NCBI GenBank assembly: GCA_032718475.1
Contig: JAUCBJ010002853.1
Span: 60,724-124,723 of the forward strand
Direction: 5' to 3'
DNA from: Nemertoderma westbladi
Lineage: Eukaryota; Animalia; Xenacoelomorpha
DNA length: 64,000 nt
Of the stretch, positions 52,060-60,700 are shown in pieces (the first letter of the stretch is position 1; each line of letters opens with the position of its first letter). The translations under genes and the position numbers were made by a program. The notes under the pieces were generated by a model. It saw only the letters and a list, made by a program, of their open reading frames with translations. It was not told the DNA's origin and made no database searches.

Positions 52060-52542
52060 GTATAAATCCAAAATCAAAACAGATAATATTGCTATTCCTG
52101 GTTTTCATTCTGATTCCATTAATCAAAATGATATAGATGACTCAGAAAGTGAAGTGATTGATACTATAGAAGCTAGCCTATCCCTAAAAAAAGATTTGCA
52201 TCAATATCTTGCTCAACGTGTTTCAGAAATTGAATCAGGTTTGAAACTGGTTGAAGATGGGGTTGAATATCAAATTAATGCAGGTCGTATAGATTTGCTT
52301 GCCAATGACAATTCAGGGAAACTGGTTGTTATTGAATTGAAAGCTGGTAAAGCTAAAGATTCTGCAATTAGACAATTGTTAGGTTATATTGGTTGTCTAA
52401 ATCTTGAAAAAAATATTGAGGGATTCGTGGTATTCTCGTTGCTTCTGATTTTGATCAGCGTGTAATATTTGCAGCAAAGGGATTACCTCATATTAAACTT
52501 GTAAAGTACCAAGTTTCATTTGAACTACATGAAATCACATAA
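52060..52542 (+). pseudogene. Cassette: second NucS-like endonuclease remnant
   Basis: GRIDLLAND..LVVIELKAG..QLLGYIG, frameshift, then IRGILVASDFD..; stop overlaps attC; 5' end unclear. Confidence 0.75.
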
Positions 52543-52586
52543 CAAGGCGCTTGAAGTCGAACAATCGCCTCAGCTTTGCGTTATCC
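52537..52586 (+). repeat. attC site 4 (internally shortened)
   Basis: ACATAACAAGGCGCTTGAAG...CTCAGCTTTGCGTTATCC; only about 50 bp. Confidence 0.7.
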
Positions 52587-52651
52587 ATAGTACATGGCTT
52601 AAAATCCTCTCTGTCTTTCTATTGTATTTAATAGAAGAGTTGGATAGAAAA

Positions 52652-52999
52652 ATGAAAAAAGCAATAAATTTAGTTGTAACTTTTTTATCGGTACTTGTAA
52701 TAACATCTTGTGCCAATAGACCTGAAAGCATAAAATCGTCATATATATCACATGAACGATATATTGATAATAATTGTACTGAATTAGCTACAAAAATGTC
52801 TGATGCTAGAGCAGAATTGGCTAAATTTTCAGAAATGCAAAATTCAAAAGCCACTGGTGATGCGTGGGGAGTGTTTTTAGTGCTAGTTCCAGTTAGTCAA
52901 TTAACAGGAGATTATGAAAGTGATGTAGCTAAATCAAAAGGGATAGTGGAGGCAATTGAAACAGCCCAAATAAAAATAAGTGCAAGTAAAAGCCTCTAA
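52652..52999 (+). CDS. Cassette: lipoprotein
   Basis: MKKAINLVVTFLSVLVITSC lipobox; stop overlaps TAAC of attC. Confidence 0.8.
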   Translation: MKKAINLVVTFLSVLVITSCANRPESIKSSYISHERYIDNNCTELATKMSDARAELAKFSEMQNSKATGDAWGVFLVLVPVSQLTGDYESDVAKSKGIVEAIETAQIKISASKSL

Positions 53000-53050
53000 C
53001 AAATCATTTCAGCCGACCGCTAACGCGTCGCCTGAATTCAGGCGTTAAGC
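52994..53050 (+). repeat. attC site 5 (57 bp, classic short type)
   Basis: CTCTAACAAATCATTTCAGCCGACCGCTAACGCGTCGCCTGAATTCAGGCGTTAAGC. Confidence 0.92.
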
Positions 53051-53073
53051 GACAGAAACAATTTACAAGTTAT

Positions 53074-54033
53074 ATGAAACCGAAATTCTTCATTAGTACT
53101 TTCCCTTTCTCAAAACTTACCGGCGTCCTCGTAGCAAACTTAAGTTTTTTAACGGCGGCTGTAGCAGATAGCTCGTCCCCTCGCTTGGCTGCCTATTACG
53201 ATACCTTTCTCGCGATCTGCGGGAATAAAGTTTATGAATGGAGTGACTTTGACTCACCCTAGGAAAAGATGACAGGCGTTAAGCAAGTTGGTGTCGGTAA
53301 AATTAACCGTTATGCGCTTACACAAGAAGAGGACCTAGTTCACTGGAGTAAAGATTTTCCAGAAATTGTCACACTAATGGACGATGTAAAATCCTTCTAT
53401 GCTGGTCGTTCCGGGTTGTTTGTCATTCGAAACGACGACAGCTTGTGGAAATTCGGAACCAAAAGCCTGCTTGGCTTTGGAGAAAAAGTATCAGGAGCGC
53501 CCTCCCCTATCGCAGACAAGATTTTGACTGCCGCAATTGGAGATAGCGCGAATTACTATATTTCTCAGGATGGCGCTTTATTTGTGCACGGACGGGCTCA
53601 TCGCGGACAATATGGTGATGGCAAACTCACTTCTACTGAACAGTTTATTCAAACATCAGATGACGTGGTGCAAATCGTTGCGCATACTGGTCATGCGTTG
53701 CTACTTAAAAAAGACGGAAGCGTCTGGGGAACAGGTGGTGGAAACATTTATGGCCCACTTGGTAGTCATGATTACGGTGATAAAGCAATCAGTTGGGGCG
53801 TAATCTTTGAGGGAGCTAGCGCAATTGCCACGGGAAGTAGCCATTCTCTTGCTGTCAAACAGGACCTTAGCCTTTGGGTGTGGGGGCATGACGTAGGTCT
53901 TGACTCGAAAAAATTAATGTCCGGCGTGACGGCAGTGGCAGCGGGCAATAGCATTACCTTGGCATTGGGCAACGAAGCTCTTTGGCAATGGGACACTGAA
54001 GGTGAACCAAAAATGATTATGGAATGTTCTTAG
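53074..54033 (+). pseudogene. Cassette: RCC1/BLIP-II-like repeat protein with in-frame TAG at 53260-62
   Basis: Both ORF pieces are in the same frame; HALLLKKDGSVWGTG, HSLAVKQDLSLWVWG, GQYGDG repeats. Confidence 0.8.
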
Positions 54034-54090
54034 TTATGCGAAACAACTTGCAAACCGTATAAAAATAATCAGTATTTAAAGGAAGAGTTA

Positions 54091-54801
54091 GTGAAAGTTT
54101 TAGTTGTAGGTGCAAGTGGCGCAACGGGACGACTTGTAGTCGAACAATTACTTAGTCGAGGCGTTGAGGTAAATGCAATAGTACGTTCTCTTGATGGATT
54201 GCCTGATAATCCTAACTTATCCAAAATCCAAGCTTCTGTTCATGATCTAACTAACTCTGAAATGGCAACTCATATAAAAGACTGCAATGCCGTTGTTTCT
54301 TGTCTTGGTCATAACCTTACGTTTAGAGGCATGTTTGGAAAACCTCGCTTGCTTGTAACAGATACTGTTCAATGTATATGCAACGCTATCATATCTAATA
54401 ATTTTGAAAGAACAGTTAAAGTAATACTTATGAATACAACAGGAAACAGTAATCGAGATATTCCAGAGGCACCTCCATTAAGTCAACGTATTGTTGTTTC
54501 AATAATCAGAGCCTTATTACCTCCACATATAGATAATGAAAAGGCAGCAGATTTTTTACGTACAACGATCGGACAAAATGATAAATCCATTGAATGGGTA
54601 GCGGTTCGTCCTGATACACTAACAGACGAGAGTGAAGTCACTGAATATGACGTACACACATCGCCCATTCGAAATGCAATTTTTGATTCTGGAGCAACAA
54701 GTAGAGTTAATGTAGCGAATTTCATGACCGAGCTTATACTAAATGAAAGTACGTGGTCGAAATGGAAGGGGCATATGCCTGTAATATATAATCATGCATA
54801 A
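54091..54801 (+). CDS. Cassette: NAD(P)H-binding (BVR-B/NmrA-like) oxidoreductase
   Basis: VVGASGATGR, WVAVRPDTL, SRVNVANFM; stop overlaps attC. Confidence 0.88.
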   Translation: MKVLVVGASGATGRLVVEQLLSRGVEVNAIVRSLDGLPDNPNLSKIQASVHDLTNSEMATHIKDCNAVVSCLGHNLTFRGMFGKPRLLVTDTVQCICNAIISNNFERTVKVILMNTTGNSNRDIPEAPPLSQRIVVSIIRALLPPHIDNEKAADFLRTTIGQNDKSIEWVAVRPDTLTDESEVTEYDVHTSPIRNAIFDSGATSRVNVANFMTELILNESTWSKWKGHMPVIYNHA

Positions 54802-54876
54802 CAAGGCAATTAAAAATCGGCCACAAAAAGCGTGGCCTGGACTCGCTACCGCTCGCCTTTTATTGCGGCGTCAGGC
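54796..54876 (+). repeat. attC site 6
   Basis: GCATAAC, gcaattaaaa / ttttattgc stem with an extrahelical base, right core GTCAGGC (T>C). Confidence 0.8.
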
Positions 54877-54881
54877 ATAAT

Positions 54882-55270
54882 ATGAATATTACTCGGGGTA
54901 GCAATAGTTGTCTTGGTAGCTTTTTTCTCATTTATGGGAATATATGTTAGAGCAACGATGAATACCATTGGTGAAAGCTATCAAGTAGGATTAGATTCGT
55001 TGAGGTACCCATTTCTTATAATAAGCCTGTCATTTCTGTTAATAGGCTCGACATGGTTACTTGTGTCGGCTTTCAACTTGCGGGTGAGAGCTATTATATA
55101 TCGCCAGTTTTAGTATCGGTATATTGGCGGCATCCTTACTTGCATTTGTTATGGGTTTTGCACCTTGCCTACGGCCACATCCAACTACTGAACCGCACCA
55201 TACCCACCATAATTTAAAGGCTGTAGTTGAGCATTCCCTTCTCTGTCTTAGGTACTCTAATCGGTCATAT
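54882..55270 (+). pseudogene. Last cassette: membrane protein remnant with no attC
   Basis: Hydrophobic ORF fragments after attC6, ending at the Mu-like end. Confidence 0.45.
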
Positions 55271-55483
55271 TGTAAGTTGCAGTTTGAAATGAAAACTTTT
55301 TAAGTTTGAAATGAAAAATAAATTCCAAAACAAACTTAAAAACTAAACCACCTTAAATTTCACAACACACACCCCTCACAAACCCCCTCATCCTCAATAT
55401 TACTTTGATCCCCCTGTTCAACCTTCTTTTGAAGTTTCTCCTCAACCTCATCCAACCCCTCTAAATACATTTCATTCAATTTG

Positions 55484-56293
55484 TCATCCATCATGCTCCC
55501 CTACATCAACATTACTAATCACCAACTCCATACTCTTCTTCCCTGTTTTTTGTCGACTCACTGTATATTCTATTTGTGTGGTTTGAATATGAAAGTCTTT
55601 GAACAACTCAAGCATCTTAGGGTGATTGTTAAGGGTGATGATCATTTTGCCTTTGATGTTTGATGCAAAATCAGCTAACTGTTGATACTGATCTAGGTTG
55701 AAATCAACGCCATAGCCTGTTAACCCAAAGTAGTGTGGGTCACAGAAGAACAGGGTATGTGGTCTGTCATATTTCTCAATGATCTTTTGCCAAGGCAAGT
55801 TCTCAATGAATACTCGAGAAAGCCGAAGATGCGCTTGAGAGAGCTCTTCTTCTAATCTCAACAAATTTAGATGGGGTGGAAATGTGGTAGCCGTTCCAAA
55901 GGTTTGATTGGAAATGACTGCACCAAAACATAACTTCTGTAAATAGTAAAACCTTGCTGCTCGTTGGATGTCGGTGAGTGTGTCAGGTATTTTTTGTTTT
56001 TCCCACTCAAAGATTTGTCTGGAGCTTAATGCCCATTTAAACTGCCTGATGAATTCCTCTAAGTGGTTTTGAACAATACGATACAGGTTTACTAACTCTC
56101 CATTAATGTCATTGATCACCTCAACCTTGGAGGGCTCTTTTAAAAACAAAAGGGCTGCTCCTCCACAAAATGGTTCGGTGTAGCATGTGTGTTTGGGAAA
56201 TAAGGGTAGTAGGTGTTTGGCCAGTCTTTGTTTACCCCCCATCCAAGGGAGGATGGGTTTGTGTTTAGATGGATAGGGTTGTTGTTTGTGCAT
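55484..56293 (-). CDS. Phage-type DNA adenine methyltransferase (D12/Dam class)
   Basis: PWMGGK, YTEPFCGGAA, EVINDIN, RAARFYYLQ; motif IV reads DPHY rather than DPPY. Confidence 0.92.
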   Translation of the reverse strand: MHKQQPYPSKHKPILPWMGGKQRLAKHLLPLFPKHTCYTEPFCGGAALLFLKEPSKVEVINDINGELVNLYRIVQNHLEEFIRQFKWALSSRQIFEWEKQKIPDTLTDIQRAARFYYLQKLCFGAVISNQTFGTATTFPPHLNLLRLEEELSQAHLRLSRVFIENLPWQKIIEKYDRPHTLFFCDPHYFGLTGYGVDFNLDQYQQLADFASNIKGKMIITLNNHPKMLELFKDFHIQTTQIEYTVSRQKTGKKSMELVISNVDVGEHDG

Positions 56294-56517
56294 TAAATTC
56301 TCTCTTATATAATGACCACATCCTTTTCCAGCTGGATTGGTGACGGGTCACCGGTTAAATGGCACAAATTCAGTTTGTGTGGTTTGGCTTAAGGGGAGGT
56401 GATCTCACTCATCTCCACTTACCCGGGTTTTACTTAAAGTGGGTGGTTCTTTGATCGGATTTGCCCACTTAAGTGTTTTTTAATTCATTGTTAATTTAGT
56501 GTTAAATCCCAGCATTT

Positions 56518-57069
56518 TTAATGGGGTATTTCATGTTCTTTCTTAGTTGTTCGGCTACTTTTTCTCAAACGAATCACTCCTGCACTGGCTAAGTTCATTA
56601 AAACGCTTGAGAGTTGTTTAAAAGAAATTCCATAATGCACATGTAAGGGTTTGGTAGTATCCAAAATAGCCTTGACTTCATCCACCACTGAATCACTCAA
56701 GCCTTCTTTAGCAAGAATGGTGACCTGCATTGTGTTTGGATCAGAGAGTGGGTTTTGGTCAAACCACTCTGTGATTTCAATGTCTGTGTTGATGGCATTA
56801 AGGGCAGTGCGTACGGCATGCATTGTGCCTTTATGACGATGGGCATCAATTGATATAGAAATGACAGAATGCTTCTTTTCAACTGACCAATCATCATTCC
56901 AAAAATCCACACTGAGTTCTTTTGCAAGATATGGAAGGAGTTGATCTGGAATGGTCTATGGGTTTTTGTTATGTTTAGGCGTGATAGGCAAACCATCTAA
57001 ACGTCCTCGGGTTGTTTGATCAACGATTACTTCTAGATTAGTGGAATTTTGAGGGAGTAAAGTATTCAT
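56518..57069 (-). pseudogene. Phage tail protein I (P2 gpI-like) with in-frame TAG near 56957
   Basis: MNTLLPQNSTNLE..NP*TIPDQLLPYLAKELSVDFWNDDW..HRHKGT..EITEWF. Confidence 0.85.
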
Positions 57070-57760
57070 ATGATCTATCTTAAAGAAAGAGGAAAGATCA
57101 GTTGATGGGGTATTTTGGAAGGGGCTACTCAGCAGTTTGAGAATTAAAGATTAAAAGCGATTTAAAAGGTTATTAATCGCCTCTTAATTTTTTAAAAACT
57201 TTCTACTTTCTTTCTGTTTTCTTTTCATTTGTGGTTCAAAACTATCTCAAAAAGGAAAGTTTTAAGGTTATTTTTAGTTAGAAATGGAAAGCTTTTTCCA
57301 AAACAAACTTTAAAAGGTGTAGATAAAAAAATCGCCGTAATTTTTTGGTGTGTTTAGAGTTAGGGTGTTTTTGTTGGGTTGTTATTATTTTCGTTTCTTT
57401 CTGTGCCCTACAAATTCACCACCCATCCTAACCCTAAAAAACAACAACCCTGAAAAAATTTTTGACATTTAAAAATAAACTGTTAGCCTACCCGTGAACA
57501 AAAGTCTGGCTGTTTTCCATCAACATATAACCCATTGATCAGCAACAAATAATAAACTATTTATTTGGATGCTTTATAGATTATGTGATGTATAAGATAG
57601 AAGAATGTATACTTATGATGACTTTAAGCATTTATACTTATTTGATCAATATAATATTTAAATATTGATATATATCCCATGCAGTTTATAAAGACAGTAA
57701 AGGGTAAGGGGAAATGAAAAAGACTAGCCCAACTAGTTAAACCCAGCGGAGGACTTAACA

Positions 57761-60700
57761 ATGTTACTTAGCGAAAAGCAGATATTACAGAACATTCAAA
57801 CAAAAATTGATACTTTAGATAAAGCGTTGGATGAATCGCCGCAAGGCGATGACAACCGGTTAAGCAGTGCTCAAATAAAGCTCATCAATTCCCTTCAACA
57901 AGACCTTTTTTATACTGTAGATCAGCACAGTGGCATTTTTTTAGATGGGCTTGTAAATAGCATTCGGGATGATGTTGGGGAAAATCAATTCAATAGTTGG
58001 CAGGATCGATTCAACACAGATAAAACACATAACAATAAGTTAGCAGTTGCACAAGAAATGTTGGAAGAGATTACCCCATCTTTTGCCACGTCACAGCAGC
58101 AGGTAACGATGAGACTTTCGACGGATACGGATAATCTGCCTCGTACGGTTAGGATGAGAACACAATGGCAGGGAGGGCATTGTACTATCATTGTAAATCG
58201 AGTTTTTGATTTTTCTACTGCGACACTATTTTCCACCATCGCCCATGAAATGCAACATGTCAAATTACGTCACCTCTGGAGCGTGGTGACGAACCCTGAG
58301 GAAACCTTTATTAGGTTAAGCGATAAAGAGAAATTGTTAGGCAATTTGGCAATTATTTTCGTTAAACATTTGCAGGCAATTGAACAGTCTCTTCCTAATG
58401 GAGCATTCTATTACCAAAGCATAGACGAATTACTGGCCTACAATTTACAAACAGCAGTTGGGTTCCGTATTTTTAATAGTGCACACGCGATAGATTACCA
58501 GATCACCAAACAGCTAGGCAGTGCATTTGAGAACGACAACTTCAGCGCACCACTAACCACTATCTTCCATCGAGCCAACTTTTTTAGGCTGATCGAAACC
58601 TTCCGGCGAATAGCTGCTCCACTGTCCGAAAAAAGCAAAGAATATTTGTGTAACATACTGATGAGGCACACTGATCCCACAGATTTTCAATACCTACAGG
58701 CAATTAAAATTAGAGAAGTTATTATAGATTTGGAACCACCCAAATACCTCGACCTGCCAATCACTGAGGATATACTTAAACACTTTAAAGCGCTTGTTCG
58801 ATCTATTGTGCCTTTTGAATTTGATGCATTTTGGCAGGAAAATTTTTTTATGCTTACTCTAGAACCTCCATTAACTTTTGAGGAACATTTTTCTACCTGG
58901 AATAAAGAAAAACAACAACACCTCATCCCCGCTATTATCAGTATATCACCTGAAACCAACCGTTACTTATATGTAAACGATGGGCAAACCAAACATCTGC
59001 TGGACACAGCCACCCAGCATTTAACCGATATCTTCACTAATTCTGATCAAACCCTTGAAAACTTTGTAGATGAATACCGAAAACTTGCCCCTTTTATCGA
59101 AGCGGTTCGACGTAACCCGGGCATGAGCATCGCTGATAATCTCGACTCCCCAGAATTCAAAACCGCCCTATTTAACGTCATCGACTTCATAGAGAATGCC
59201 AATACCCAAAACCTGTTGACAGCCCACATTCAACTGCAAACCTTGATTGGTGCGATAGAAGCGTATAGCTCAGGGGAAAACAACGTCAATCTGGAGCAAA
59301 ACAAGAAACTAGCGCAACTTAAACAAACCCTAAACACAATCGCGGAACCAGAAAATGATAGCTGGGTAAGGGATAACTACTATAAAATTGCACTCCTACA
59401 ATTACAATTTAAAGATTTGGTTGATGCTCTGAAAAAAAACCTGGCCACCCCAGTTACTCTTTTTGAACCGTTCGATCCCCTGGTTGAGGAGGTTCAAAGA
59501 CTTATCAATCAAGTAGAACCCCCGTTTAACCTTGCTGAAATCTCCCTAGCTGAAATCTCCCTAGCTGAAATCTCCATAGAAGATGTCGCTAAACTCCGCC
59601 TATACCAACTTGCTACAAAAATAACCACCCACAATCAGTGGGATAACCAGCTTGCTCTTATGCTGCCCCAACTGTTGGTGAAGGTGGAAGACTTCGACTA
59701 CCCCATTAACATCCTCTTTCAAAAAGACGGTCAAATACAAGTTAACAGTCAAGGCGAACAAATTTATCACTCCATCCACAACCCTGACAGCAACGAACAA
59801 ATTATTGAACTGGTGCTGATTAACCCGGATACAAACAATTCCCGCTGGGGCGTAAGCATCGAGGGGGCAGTCGAAACCTTCCCCGATTATCCACGACACA
59901 CTAGCTTTTACCGCGCTGTACTCACGGCGTGTTTGGTGTATGAAGAATACAGCGATGAAGACATCAGCGATGAAGAAATCAGCGACTTGCGTGAAAGCCT
60001 TTCAGACAACATCAAAGATAATCTGGAGGGGTTAGCTCCTTTTGCTGTTGAGAATTTTGATAGTTTAAAACAGGCGGATATACATCCAGATGATTTAGTA
60101 CAAATGATGGAAAACTTGGCCCTCCCCACCATACTCTCAAAAATACCCTCAGCCGTTCGCTTATTGACCCAATCGACGGCGAAATTATTAACGTATTCAC
60201 AAACTCGAACCATTGCACAATCATCAGTACTATCTGCCGAGTACCAACGAATAACAAATCTACTTCAAAAAAATATCCACATACTCTGGGAAAGCATCAA
60301 TCAAGGCCCTGGTCTTTCATCTATCATCAACAATCTCAATAACCCTGATTTTAATTCAACCCAAACCCTGTATCAACGGACTGTTGAACTACTGCAAGAA
60401 AACGCGATGCCAGATAGCACCTCCGCCCAAATTAGTACAGCCGTGCTTGAATTACTAAACGCCAACCCCGATCTTTTTAATTTCATCCCTGAAAATAAAA
60501 GACAAGCCACAATAGATGCGTTTAAAAAAGACCTGCTGGTCCCTTTAGCACTAGATTATCAACTCACCCAATATAACCACAATCTACTTGAAACCGTTCA
60601 AAACCTGTTTAATCAAACCAACTTTTTACAATTCGTCCAAGACGGACAAGCAGCGCTTAAATATCAGACATTTATAAACCCCCAACAATACCATAGCTAT

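Larger units (their letters stand above)
47889..55270. mobile_element. Chromosomal integron with degraded cassette array
   Basis: intI divergent from an array of short AT-rich + strand genes separated by attC-like sites. Confidence 0.92.
55271..57412. mobile_element. Mini-Mu-like transposable prophage remnant
   Basis: TGTA...TACA termini with related inward sequences, repeated AGTTTGAAATGAAAA sites at 22-bp spacing, phage methylase and tail gene inside. Confidence 0.65.

Noticed and set aside
47889-57069. Alternative genetic code or stop readthrough explaining in-frame stops
   Set aside because: Internal stops are of different types (TGA, TAG, and TAA elsewhere) and occur alongside frameshifts; core genes use normal stops
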